Positions 1-9,439 are shown, numbered from the stretch's first letter. The stretch is DNA of 64,000 nucleotides from Dehalococcoidia bacterium (GCA_965262865.1 CBDHFZ010000003.1:27294-91293); one strand, 5' to 3'. Translations and numbers: made by a program. The notes: a model not told the origin generated them from the sequence alone.

Positions 1-1
1 C

Positions 2-2020
2 GATCTGCCCACAGACGGCGTGGCGATTGCGTTCTACGGAGCGGGAGCGATCATCAGCGGGCTGGATCCGGAAGCTTCACTCTGGTTCCGGGTGCGGGCG
101 GCGAACGGGCACGGCGTCTCGGATTGGTCCGCGATGCTGTACATGAACTCGACCAGTCAGTTCAGGTCGGGCCGGCAGGCCAGGCCGGGCAACGAGCCGG
201 CCAGCGGGGCGCCGGCCGTCCACGGCACGGCGCAGGTCGGCGAGAGCCTCTGGGCCGACGCCTCGGGCATCGAGGACGGGAACGGGCTGGACCGGGTGCA
301 GTTCCGTTATCAATGGGTCTCCGGCGATGGGAACGCGGACACGGACATCGCGGGCGCGACGGACTCCGGCTACACCCTTGTGTCTGCCGACGTGGGCCGG
401 ACCATCAAGGTACGGGTTGCCTTCACCGATAGGGGAGGGTACTCCGAGACCCGGACCGGCGCTGCTACGGGAGCGGTCGCGGCGGCGCCCAACAATCCCG
501 CCACCGGGAAGCCGGCCATCAGCGGCACGGCCCAGGTGGGGGAGACCCTCACCGTGGCCACCTCGGGCATCGCTGACGCTGACGGATTGGACAACGCGAC
601 CTTCAGCTACCAGTGGATGGCGGGTGGGACGGAAATTCCGGGGGCCACCGGGCCCAGCTACACCCTGGTGTCCGACGACGAGGGCAAAACCATCCAGGTG
701 TGGGTGGGCTTCATCGACGACGCGAGGAACGAGGAAGCGCTGGCCAGTGCGGCCACGGAGGCGGTTGGCTTTGCTGTCCAGCAGCGGGGGGCTTCCAACA
801 CGCCCACAACCGGCCTGCCTACCATCAGCGGCACGGCCCAGGTGGGTGAGATGCTGACGGCGGACACCTCGGGCATCGCCGACGCTGACGGGTTGGTCAA
901 CGCGACCTACAGCTACCAGTGGCTGGGCGACGATACGGACATCTCCGGCGCGACGGATGCCACCTACACCCTGGCGGCCGACGACGCGGGCCGGACCATC
1001 AAGGTGCGGGTGATCGTCACCGACGATCTTGGTAACGAGACAACGCTGACCAGCGCCGCCACGGATACGGTTGGCTTTGCTGTCCAGCAGCAGGGGGCTT
1101 CCAACACGCCCGCAACCGGAGAACCGACCATCAGCGGCACGGCCCGGGTGGGTGAGATGCTGACGGCGAACACCGCCGGCATCGTCGACGCTGACGGGCT
1201 GAGCAACGCGACCTACACCTACCAGTGGGTTGCCAACGACGGAACCTCGGACACGGACATCTCCGGCGCGACGGATGCCACCTACACCCTGGTGGCCGAC
1301 GATGAGGGCCGGACCATCAAGGTGCGGGTGATCGTCACCGACGACGCAGTGAACGAGACAACGCTGACCAGCGCCGCCACGGAGGCGGTGGAGGCAGCGC
1401 CTGAGCCGCCAGCCAAGCCCACGGGCCTGTCCGCCGCCGTCTCCCACGACACCGTGACCCTCACCTGGGACGACCCGCAGGACAGCTCCATCACCGGCTA
1501 CGTCATCCTGCGCCGAGACCGGGCGATCCACCTGGTGGGGACCTTCGTCACCATCACAGATGACACCGGCTCGACGGACACCACCTACACCGACGATACG
1601 GTCGAGCCGGACAAGGAGTACGTGTACCGCATCAAGGCCAGCAACGAGCACGGGGAGGTGAGCGAGGAATCCCACTGGGTCCGGGGCTTCACCCCGGCGG
1701 TCCCCGTCCCCGACAAGCCCACGGGCCTGTCTGCCGCCGTCTCATACAACACCGTGACCCTCACCTGGGACAACCCGCAGGACGACTCCATCACCGGCTA
1801 CGTCATCCTGCGGCGCGATCGGGAAATCCACCTGGTGGGGACCTTCATCACCATCACAGATGACACCGGCTCGACGGACACCACCTACACCGACGAAACG
1901 GTCGAGCCGGATAAGGAATACGTGTACCGCATCAAGGCCATCAACGAGCACGGGGAGGTGAGCGAGGAATCCCACTGGGTCAGGGGCTTCACCCCGGCAG
2001 CGCCGGCCCCGGCGGGTTAG
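2..2020 (+). CDS. giant repeat surface protein, C-terminal part (5' end outside window): FN3, four ~98-aa Ig-like units, two FN3 units
   Basis: The frame is open from the window edge. The translation is co-linear with the C-terminal ~770 aa of the 13243..18252 product (units PATGxPTISGTAQVGE..YSYQW..TIKVRV, then two PTGLSAAVSHD..YVYRIKA FN3 units, ending PAAPAPAG). Stop TAG is at 2018-2020. Confidence 0.85.
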   Translation, partial: DLPTDGVAIAFYGAGAIISGLDPEASLWFRVRAANGHGVSDWSAMLYMNSTSQFRSGRQARPGNEPASGAPAVHGTAQVGESLWADASGIEDGNGLDRVQFRYQWVSGDGNADTDIAGATDSGYTLVSADVGRTIKVRVAFTDRGGYSETRTGAATGAVAAAPNNPATGKPAISGTAQVGETLTVATSGIADADGLDNATFSYQWMAGGTEIPGATGPSYTLVSDDEGKTIQVWVGFIDDARNEEALASAATEAVGFAVQQRGASNTPTTGLPTISGTAQVGEMLTADTSGIADADGLVNATYSYQWLGDDTDISGATDATYTLAADDAGRTIKVRVIVTDDLGNETTLTSAATDTVGFAVQQQGASNTPATGEPTISGTARVGEMLTANTAGIVDADGLSNATYTYQWVANDGTSDTDISGATDATYTLVADDEGRTIKVRVIVTDDAVNETTLTSAATEAVEAAPEPPAKPTGLSAAVSHDTVTLTWDDPQDSSITGYVILRRDRAIHLVGTFVTITDDTGSTDTTYTDDTVEPDKEYVYRIKASNEHGEVSEESHWVRGFTPAVPVPDKPTGLSAAVSYNTVTLTWDNPQDDSITGYVILRRDREIHLVGTFITITDDTGSTDTTYTDETVEPDKEYVYRIKAINEHGEVSEESHWVRGFTPAAPAPAG

Positions 2021-2165
2021 CCGGCGCAGCAACGGTGGGTGGGACCGCTCGAAAGGCCGGCTTTCCGGGCAAACGAAAAAAGCAAACACGGATGTATGGA
2101 CGGGTGAGGCAGGCGTATCGAACCGAATTCGGAGCGGTCGAGGCCCTGGGGCCGACCGGAGGGCG

Positions 2166-2351
2166 ATGCCTGCGCTCGCACTTGAGACGGGAAGCGACGC
2201 GACCTCGTTCACCGATACGGGCGTGGCTGCCGGCACCAAGTACGTGTGCCGGGTCAGAGCCATCAACGAAGCGGCAGTGGGAGCCAGGTCGGTCCGGGTA
2301 ATGATACCCACCGCCTCTATCCCTGCCAATCCTGATTTGGTCCAGTACTAG
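2166..2351 (+). pseudogene. FN3-domain remnant (second half of one FN3 unit only)
   Basis: The 61-aa ORF reads ..TSFTDTGVAAGTKYVCRVRAINEAAVGARS and resembles the second half of the FN3 units in flanking genes (..TTYTDDTVEPDKEYVYRIKAINEHGEVS). There is no first half and no signal peptide. Confidence 0.3.
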
Positions 2352-2444
2352 AACGTCGAGAGGAACGCGCTGCAAGTTGCGGCTCCGGCCCTTGGGGTCC
2401 ACCTCAGAGTGGGGCAGCATCAACAATCAGCAGAGGGAATATCC

Positions 2445-5400
2445 ATGAGGTTTGTTCTAAGTCAGTCGGGATTGAAGAGTGTGATCACTGCGGGCATTTT
2501 CTCACTGGTGGCTATTGGGATTCTCTTTAACTGGGCCGTGCCGGTTTCGGCACAAAATGCCGTCCCCACCAAACCTGACGCGCCCACACTTCTGGCATTG
2601 GCCAAGGGAATGGTGGAAGTTGACTGGAACGATGTGTCTGGTGCGAACGGATATGAAGTCCAATTCTATACGTCTTCGGGCTGGATAGACCTGCCGAATG
2701 CTGGGCTTGGGATCGAAATAGTCTTTTATGGATCTCGAGCGGTGGCGACCAGCCTACCTGAAGATATGGGTTACGACTCTTTCCGCGTCAGGGCGGGCAA
2801 CAGCGTTGGGTGGTCCGAGTGGTCCGAGTATGCCTGGCAGATGACGACCCATAATATGCAGTGGGAGAGCATACCAGCAACCGGCGCGCCGGCGATCAGC
2901 GGCACCGCCCAGGTGGGGGAGACGCTGACGGCGTCCACCTCGGGCATCGCGGACGCTGACGGGTTGACCAACGTCTCCTACAGATACCAGTGGATACGGA
3001 ACGACGTGAGTTCTGACAGGAACATTCGGTACGCCACGGGAACGACCTACACGCTGGTTGCAGCCGATGAGGGGCAGACAATCAAGGTGAAGGTCAGGTT
3101 TGACGACGACGAGGGGAACAAGGAGACGCTGACCAGCGCAGAAACGGACGCGGTTGCGCCGGTGCCGTGTCCCGGAGCCAGCTATAACCCAACGCCGACA
3201 GATGTGGAGGTTGACTCCGTGCCCATCGTGGTGGCATCCACCACTGACGACTACTTCGTGCTCTACGTGAGGGGCACGACGGTGGACCTGCCGGTCCTGG
3301 TGAAGAGGGGCGAAGCGGGCACTACGACCCTTGCTGAGAACGTGCAGGCGCTCACCAAGGAGCGCTACCGGGTGGAGAAGTACCTCATCGCAGACCCGGC
3401 CGACGTGGACGGCGACTGCATCGACGACATCACCGAACTTGACGACGTGGGGACCAACAACCCGGTGAATGCTGCGCGCTCTCTCGATCCCAACGACGGC
3501 GCCGTTAGCGTTCCTGACCGGGCAACGTTCGAGGCCCTCGCCCACGTCTACCCGCCCTGGAGCGCTGAACTCGATATGAAATTCGTTGTGTTTGGCCTAC
3601 ACACCAAAAGCCCTCGCATGTACTTCCATAACGCCAACAGGTACCCATCTCACAACACCTTTGTCAACTTACTCGTTGACGAGGGCATCGAGCAGAATAC
3701 GGCACAGACGACCAGAGGCAACCTGCATTATTTTCCCAGCCTCGAAGCTCCTGACGGCAGTCTGGGAGTCTATGCCGCTTGGTATCAGTCGACGCATTCC
3801 TTCACAGAAGCTGATCGTCTCTTTACGCTGATCGCCGCCAACATGCCACTGCTTGAGCAAGACTTGGCTTATCGCTTCCGCAACTATCAACTTCTGACTA
3901 TCCAGGACGATATTCCACTCTACGAGGATTCCCGAATCCCTCTCGTATTTGAGGATGATTTTGCGACCGAAAGGGACTTCATCCCGTTGAACGAGGCGGA
4001 AGGCTTCGGCTTACTGCGGGTCTTGGAACCGGACGAGCGTCCCAGTCTCCGGGACGTGGTGATCTACGAGGCGCTGCCCAACAATCTGCCCCGTGTCGCC
4101 GGCATCATCTCCACGGTGCCTCAAACGCCGCTCTCGCACGTCAACCTGCGTGCCATCCAGGACGGCATCCCGAACGCTTACATACGCGACGCCCTTGACA
4201 ATAACAACATCGAGTCCCTCATCGGTAGCTTCGTCCGCTACAACGTATCTGAGATCGGGTATTCGATCCGCGCCGCTACCCGCGAGGAGGTCGATGCGCA
4301 CTACGAATCGTCCCGCCCTGCCACCTCCCAGACGCCGCAGCGAGACCTCTCCGTCACCGGAATCAGGCCGCTGAGCGAAATTGGTTTCGATGACTGGGAC
4401 GCGTTCGGCGTCAAGGCGGCCAACGTGGCCGTGCTGGGGACCTTCGGTTTTCCGGAGGGGACGGTCCCCGACGGGTTCGCGATCCCGTTCTACTTCTACG
4501 ACGAGTTCATGAAGCACAACGACTTCTACACCCGCATCGAAACCATGTTGGCCGACGCCGATTTCCAGGAGAACTTCGACACGCAGGACGAGGAGCTGAA
4601 GGACCTGCGCGACGCCATCGAGGACGGAGAGACTCCGGCGTGGATACTCACGGCGCTGGCAGACATGAATACCGGGTTTCCCCAGGGGACCACCAACCGC
4701 AAGTACCGGTCCAGCACCAACAACGAGGACCTGCCCGGGTTCAACGGCGCGGGACTCTACGACTCCAAAAGTCAGAAACCGGATGAGGACGAGGAAGACG
4801 GCCTCGACAAGTCTCTGAAGGAGGTGTATGCCAGCCTCTGGACCTTCCGTGCCTTCACCGAACGCGACTTCCATCGGATCGACCACCTGACGGCAGCGAT
4901 GGGGATCCTGGTCCATCCCAGCTACCAGGACGAACTGGTCAACGGCGTGGCCGTCAGCTTCGACCCCACCGGGTCCGCCAGGCCGGGGGCCTACTACGTC
5001 AACAGTCAGGTGGGCGAGGACCTGGTCACCAACCCCGAAGCCCACTCGGTGCCGGAGGAACTCCTGTTGTACAACGATGGAAGCTACAGGATCGTTGCCA
5101 CCTCCAATCAGGTAGCGCCGGGGGAACTCCTCATGAGCAGTGGCCAAATCGGCCAGCTGCGCCGGCACCTTCAGGAGATCCATAACCACTTCAAGGGGCT
5201 GTACAACCCCGCAGCCGGTGAACCGTTTGCCATGGAGATCGAGTTCAAGATCACCAGCGAGAACAAACTGGCGATCAAGCAGGCCCGGCCATGGGTCTTC
5301 AGCGGCGTTGCGACGGCTCCACCGGGAAAGACACTGCCATCGGCTCCCATCAACCTTGCGGTCGCACCGGGTGACACTTCCCTGACAGTGGTGTGGGACC

Positions 5401-8375
5401 TTCCGGCCAACACCGGGGGCGAAAACCCCACCGCCTACGATGTGCGCTACATCAAGACCAGTGAGGATGAGACCGACGATGCCAACTGGACAGAGCAGTT
5501 GAGGGCCTGGATCGAGAGCAGTGGCGTAATGAGTTACCCCATCACCGACCTGGAAACAGGCGAGCAGTACGACGTGCAGGTGCGGGCTGAGAACTCGGTC
5601 GGCAAAGGCTCTTGGTCTGCCTCTGAAACGGGTACGCCCACGGTGAGCCTGGAGCTTCCTTCCACCAACACGGCGGGCGTGTCGTTGTCAAAGACGGCGC
5701 TGACGGTGATGGAAGAGGACACGGCCGGGGAGACCTACACGGTGGTTCTCGATAGCCAGCCGATGACGGATGTCGAGGTGACGGTGGCCGGACACGCGGG
5801 CACGGAGGTGACCCCGAACCCGACCACCCTGACTTTCACCGGGTCGAACTGGGAAACGGTCCAGACGGTGACGGTTAGCGCGGGTGCCGATGCGGACACG
5901 ATGAACGATACGGTTACGCTGACCCACAGCGCGGGGAGCACGGACAGCGCCTACAGCGGGATCACGATCGCTGGCGTGACGGTGACGGTGAACGACAACG
6001 ACACGACCAACACCCCGGCCACGGGAGCGCCGACGATCAGCGGGACGGCCCAGGTGGGGGAGATGCTGACGGCGGACACCTCGGGCATCACCGACACCGA
6101 CGGGTTGACCAACGTCACCTACAGCTATCAGTGGCTGGGCGACGATACGGACATCGCGGGGGCTACGAGCTCCACTTATACCCTGGTGGCCGACGACGAG
6201 GGCCAGACCATCAAGGTGAGGGTCATCGTCACCGACGACGCGGAGAACGAGACAACGCTGACCAGCACGGCCACGGCAGTAGTGGCGGCTCCCGAGCCGC
6301 CAGCCATGCCCACGGGCCTGTCCCCCAGCGTCTCCCACGACGACGTGACCCTCACCTGGGATGACCCGCAGGACGACTCCATCACCGGCTACGTCATCCT
6401 GCGGCGCGACCGGGCGATCCATCCCACAGGGACCTTCGTCACCATCACAGATGACACCGGCTCGACGGACACCACCTACACCGACGATACGGTCGAGCCG
6501 GACAAGGAGTACGTGTACCGCATCAAGGCCATCAACGAGCACGGGGAGGTGAGCGAGGAATCCGACTGGGTCCGGGGCTTCACCCCGGCCATCCCCGTCC
6601 CCGACAAGCCCACGGGCCTGTCTGCCGCCGTCTCCCACGACGACGTGACCCTCACCTGGGACAACCCGCAGGACGACTCCATCACCGGCTACGTCATCCT
6701 GCGGCGCGATCGGGAAATCCACCCGGAAGGGACCTTCGTCACCATCACCGGCGACACCGGCTCGACGGACACCACCTACATCGACGAAACGGTGGAGCCG
6801 GACAAGGAGTACGTGTACCGCATCAAGGCCATCAACGAGTACGGGAAGGTGAGCGAGAGGTCCGACTGGGTCCGGGGCTTCACCCCGGCAGCGCCGCAGC
6901 CCGACAGTCCGGCCACCGGGCAACCGACCATCAGCGGCACGGCCCGGGTGGGTGAGATGCTGACGGCGGAGACCTCCGGCATCACCGACACCGACGGGTT
7001 GACCAACGTCACCTACAGCTATCAGTGGCTGGGCGACGATACGGACATCGCGGGCGCTACGAGCTCCACCTACACCCTGGTTGACGACGACGAGGGCCGG
7101 ACCATCAAGGTGCGGGTCATCGTCACCGACGACGCGGAGAACGAGACAACGCTGACCAGCGAGGCTACGGACGCAGTGGAGGCAGCGCCGCAGCCCGACA
7201 GTCCGGCCACCGGGCAACCGACCATCAGCGGCACGGCCCGGGTGGGTGAGATGCTGACGGCGGAGACCTCCGGCATCACCGACACCGACGGGTTGACCAA
7301 CGTCACCTACAGCTATCAGTGGCTGGGCGACGATACGGACATCGCGGGCGCTACGAGCTCCACCTACACCCTGGTTGACGACGACGAGGGCCGGACCATC
7401 AAGGTGCGGGTCATCGTCACCGACGACGCGGAGAACGAGACAACGCTGACCAGCGAGGCTACGGACGCAGTGGAGGCAGCGCCGCAGCCCGACAGTCCGG
7501 CCACCGGGCAACCGACCATCAGCGGCACGGCCCGGGTGGGTGAGATGCTGACGGCGGAGACCTCCGGCATCACCGACACCGACGGGTTGACCAACGTCAC
7601 CTACAGCTATCAGTGGCTGGGCGACGATACGGACATCGCGGGCGCTACGAGCTCCACCTACACCCTGGTTGACGACGACGAGGGCCGGACCATCAAGGTG
7701 CGGGTCATCGTCACCGACGACGCGGAGAACGAGACAACGCTGACCAGCGAGGCTACGGACGCAGTGGAGGCAGCGCCGCAGCCCGACAGTCCGGCCACCG
7801 GGCAACCGACCATCAGCGGCACGGCCCGGGTGGGTGAGATGCTGACGGCGGAGACCTCCGGCATCACCGACACCGACGGGTTGACCAACGTCACCTACAG
7901 CTATCAGTGGCTGGGCGACGATACGGACATCGCGGGAGCTACGAGCTCCACTTATACCCTGGTGGCCGACGACGAGGGCCAGACCATCAAGGTGAGGGTC
8001 ATCGTCACCGACGATCTCGGGAACGAGACAACGCTGACCAGCGCGGCCACGGAGGCGGTTGACGCCAAGCGGAACACTGCCGCCACGGGGCGACCGACCA
8101 TCAGCGGGACTGTTCGGGTGGGGGAGACGCTGACGGCAGACACCACAGGCATAGGCGACGCCGACGGTTTGGCCAACGTCTCCTACAGCTACCAGTGGGT
8201 GGTGACTGACGGTGGTGCGTATATCGACATCTCCGGCGAGACGGGAGCGGCCTACACCCTGGTGTCTGCCGACCGTGGTTTGCGCATCCTGGTGCGGGTG
8301 TCCTTCACCGACGATGCTGGCAAACGGGAGAGGCTGGCCAGCGCGGAGACTGAGGTGGTGGCGGCCGCGGCCTAG
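2445..8375 (+). CDS. giant secreted multidomain protein (1976 aa): FN3 + Ig-like units + PEP-utiliser/PPDK_N-like module + FN3 + beta-sandwich + 2 FN3 + 5 Ig-like units
   Basis: ATG 2445 is preceded by GAGGG, whereas the ORF track starts at the upstream GTG 2409. The N-terminus is signal-like (MRFVLSQSGLKSVITAGIFSLVAIGILFNWAVPVSAQN). Motifs VAGIISTVPQTPLSHVNLRA and GVKAANVAVLG..VPDGFAIPF..RSSTNNEDLPGFNGAG..AIKQARPW are present. Repeat units are shared with the neighbouring giant genes. Stop TAG is at 8373-8375. Confidence 0.9.
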   Translation: MRFVLSQSGLKSVITAGIFSLVAIGILFNWAVPVSAQNAVPTKPDAPTLLALAKGMVEVDWNDVSGANGYEVQFYTSSGWIDLPNAGLGIEIVFYGSRAVATSLPEDMGYDSFRVRAGNSVGWSEWSEYAWQMTTHNMQWESIPATGAPAISGTAQVGETLTASTSGIADADGLTNVSYRYQWIRNDVSSDRNIRYATGTTYTLVAADEGQTIKVKVRFDDDEGNKETLTSAETDAVAPVPCPGASYNPTPTDVEVDSVPIVVASTTDDYFVLYVRGTTVDLPVLVKRGEAGTTTLAENVQALTKERYRVEKYLIADPADVDGDCIDDITELDDVGTNNPVNAARSLDPNDGAVSVPDRATFEALAHVYPPWSAELDMKFVVFGLHTKSPRMYFHNANRYPSHNTFVNLLVDEGIEQNTAQTTRGNLHYFPSLEAPDGSLGVYAAWYQSTHSFTEADRLFTLIAANMPLLEQDLAYRFRNYQLLTIQDDIPLYEDSRIPLVFEDDFATERDFIPLNEAEGFGLLRVLEPDERPSLRDVVIYEALPNNLPRVAGIISTVPQTPLSHVNLRAIQDGIPNAYIRDALDNNNIESLIGSFVRYNVSEIGYSIRAATREEVDAHYESSRPATSQTPQRDLSVTGIRPLSEIGFDDWDAFGVKAANVAVLGTFGFPEGTVPDGFAIPFYFYDEFMKHNDFYTRIETMLADADFQENFDTQDEELKDLRDAIEDGETPAWILTALADMNTGFPQGTTNRKYRSSTNNEDLPGFNGAGLYDSKSQKPDEDEEDGLDKSLKEVYASLWTFRAFTERDFHRIDHLTAAMGILVHPSYQDELVNGVAVSFDPTGSARPGAYYVNSQVGEDLVTNPEAHSVPEELLLYNDGSYRIVATSNQVAPGELLMSSGQIGQLRRHLQEIHNHFKGLYNPAAGEPFAMEIEFKITSENKLAIKQARPWVFSGVATAPPGKTLPSAPINLAVAPGDTSLTVVWDLPANTGGENPTAYDVRYIKTSEDETDDANWTEQLRAWIESSGVMSYPITDLETGEQYDVQVRAENSVGKGSWSASETGTPTVSLELPSTNTAGVSLSKTALTVMEEDTAGETYTVVLDSQPMTDVEVTVAGHAGTEVTPNPTTLTFTGSNWETVQTVTVSAGADADTMNDTVTLTHSAGSTDSAYSGITIAGVTVTVNDNDTTNTPATGAPTISGTAQVGEMLTADTSGITDTDGLTNVTYSYQWLGDDTDIAGATSSTYTLVADDEGQTIKVRVIVTDDAENETTLTSTATAVVAAPEPPAMPTGLSPSVSHDDVTLTWDDPQDDSITGYVILRRDRAIHPTGTFVTITDDTGSTDTTYTDDTVEPDKEYVYRIKAINEHGEVSEESDWVRGFTPAIPVPDKPTGLSAAVSHDDVTLTWDNPQDDSITGYVILRRDREIHPEGTFVTITGDTGSTDTTYIDETVEPDKEYVYRIKAINEYGKVSERSDWVRGFTPAAPQPDSPATGQPTISGTARVGEMLTAETSGITDTDGLTNVTYSYQWLGDDTDIAGATSSTYTLVDDDEGRTIKVRVIVTDDAENETTLTSEATDAVEAAPQPDSPATGQPTISGTARVGEMLTAETSGITDTDGLTNVTYSYQWLGDDTDIAGATSSTYTLVDDDEGRTIKVRVIVTDDAENETTLTSEATDAVEAAPQPDSPATGQPTISGTARVGEMLTAETSGITDTDGLTNVTYSYQWLGDDTDIAGATSSTYTLVDDDEGRTIKVRVIVTDDAENETTLTSEATDAVEAAPQPDSPATGQPTISGTARVGEMLTAETSGITDTDGLTNVTYSYQWLGDDTDIAGATSSTYTLVADDEGQTIKVRVIVTDDLGNETTLTSAATEAVDAKRNTAATGRPTISGTVRVGETLTADTTGIGDADGLANVSYSYQWVVTDGGAYIDISGETGAAYTLVSADRGLRILVRVSFTDDAGKRERLASAETEVVAAAA
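6888..8063 (+). repeat. 4 x 294-bp in-frame tandem repeat (98-aa Ig-like unit), first three copies identical
   Basis: The unit start GCAGCGCCGCAGCCCGACAGTCCGGCC recurs at 6888, 7182, 7476 and 7770. Antisense ORFs 7070..7306, 7364..7600 and 7658..7894 give identical 78-aa translations spaced 294 nt apart. The protein shows AAPQPDSPATGQPTISGTARVGEMLTAETSGITDTDGL...EATDAVE three times verbatim. Confidence 0.95.
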
Positions 8376-9035
8376 CCAAACAATCCGGCCACCGGGCCAC
8401 CGGGCAACCGGGCAACCGGGCAACCGGGCAACCGGCCATCACCGGCACGGTCCGGGTGGGTGAGGAGTTGACCGTGGACACCTAGGGCATCGCCGACGCC
8501 GAGGGCATGGAGAATGCCGTCTTCACCTACCGGTGGATGGCCGGCGGGACGGACATCTCGAACGCCACCGGGGCCAGCCACACCCTGACGGAGGACGACG
8601 AGGGGCTGACGATCCAGGTGTGGGTGAGTTTCACCGACGACTGCAACCCGGAGGTCCTGACCAGCGCGGCCACGGACGCGGTGGCGCCGCCGCCACCGCC
8701 ACTGACCGTCAGCCTGAGGGGAGCCGCCCCGGCGATCCACGATGGATCTACGGAATTCACCTTCGAAATCGAGTTCAGCGAGGAGTTCCCGCTGAGCTAC
8801 AAGAAGCTGAAGCTGCACGCCTTTGACTTGACGGACGGGGAAGTGCTGAAAGCGAAGCGGGTGCTCAAGTCCAGCAACATCCCCTGGCGGATTACGGTGC
8901 GGCCCGGCTCCAACGCCGATGTGGCCGTCGTGCTGCCGGTCACCACGCGCTGCTGGCCCAGGGGGCCATCTGCACCCGGGACGGCAGGAAACCTGTCCAA
9001 CTCCCTGAACTTCACCGTCTCCAGTCCAGGCCAAT
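8376..9035 (+). pseudogene. decayed 3' continuation of the 2445..8375 gene (one more Ig-like unit + HDG...C...C module)
   Basis: After TAG 8373 the sequence still reads PNNPATG..ITGTVRVGEELTVDT*GIADAEGMENAVFTYRWMAGGTDISNATGASHTLTEDDEGLTIQVWVSFTDD. It then reads ..HDGSTEFTFEIEFSE..WRITVRPG... The expected AQGAICTRDGRK / LSNSLNFTVS segment is split over two frames (8940-9030). Confidence 0.6.
8391..8437 (+). repeat. 8-bp microsatellite ACCGGGC(C/A) x5 plus a partial unit
   Basis: Units start at 8391, 8399, 8407, 8415 and 8423, with a partial unit at 8431. Intact Ig-like units carry a single ACCGGGCA at the equivalent position (GCCACCGGGCAACCGACC). Confidence 0.9.
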
Positions 9036-9178
9036 CGAGGGCCGAACATTTGGATATGCAGAGGAGGGGTTCCGCCGCCCCGAGCCGACGAGGGTCTCCC
9101 GGCCCGCGCTGCCGCCGGAGGCCCCGGGGGGCAACCAACACGTCCCGGCGGCCCTCGCCGGGGGAGGAAGCAGGCGGG

Positions 9179-9439
9179 ATGAAACGCACGCGTCCCGCGC
9201 CCCCCAGGGTGAGGCCGAACCGGGACGCGGTGTGGGAACTGCTTGAGGATCTGGGCATGTCGAAGAACGAGCTGACGCGCCGGTGCGGGCTATCGCCGGC
9301 CCACCTCTCCCAGCTGATGGCCGGCAGGCGCAGTCCATCGCCGCGTACCCGGCGGAGGCAGCAGCAGGTGCTTGGGGTGAGCGACTACGACTCCCTGTTC
9401 ATCCTGGAAACCGGGGGAGATCAGCGTCGGCGTACCTGA
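9179..9439 (+). CDS. small XRE-type helix-turn-helix protein (86 aa)
   Basis: This is an internal ATG of track ORF 8507..9439. MKRTRPAPP..VWELLEDLGMSKNELTRRCGLSPAHLSQLMAGRRSPS is a typical HTH_3 pattern. The upstream part of the long ORF is pseudogene tail. Confidence 0.55.
   Translation: MKRTRPAPPRVRPNRDAVWELLEDLGMSKNELTRRCGLSPAHLSQLMAGRRSPSPRTRRRQQQVLGVSDYDSLFILETGGDQRRRT

Noticed and set aside
77-1675. Very long antisense or alternative-frame ORFs over the giant genes and IS elements, for example 77..1675(-), 5688..8423(-), 15022..18207(-), 21817..24546(-), 9989..11956(+), 26667..27929(+) and 4011..5189(-).
   Set aside because: Their translations are Arg/Gly/Pro/His-rich and low-complexity with no recognisable motifs. 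They mirror strongly supported genes on the other strand. This is typical shadow-ORF behaviour in high-G+C DNA.
6888-8437. Possible CRISPR array, suggested by regularly spaced identical repeats and a short-unit repeat tract.
   Set aside because: The 294-bp units are contiguous, in frame and protein-coding, with no unique spacers. The 8-bp tract is a microsatellite. No cas genes are present, and I saw no 25-40-bp repeat/spacer periodicity anywhere.
8507-9439. The 310-aa ORF as one gene.
   Set aside because: It is a read-through composite. Its first ~175 codons are the decayed tail of the 2445 gene (with internal frame problems), followed by low-complexity Arg/Pro sequence. Only the last 86 codons look like a real HTH protein.
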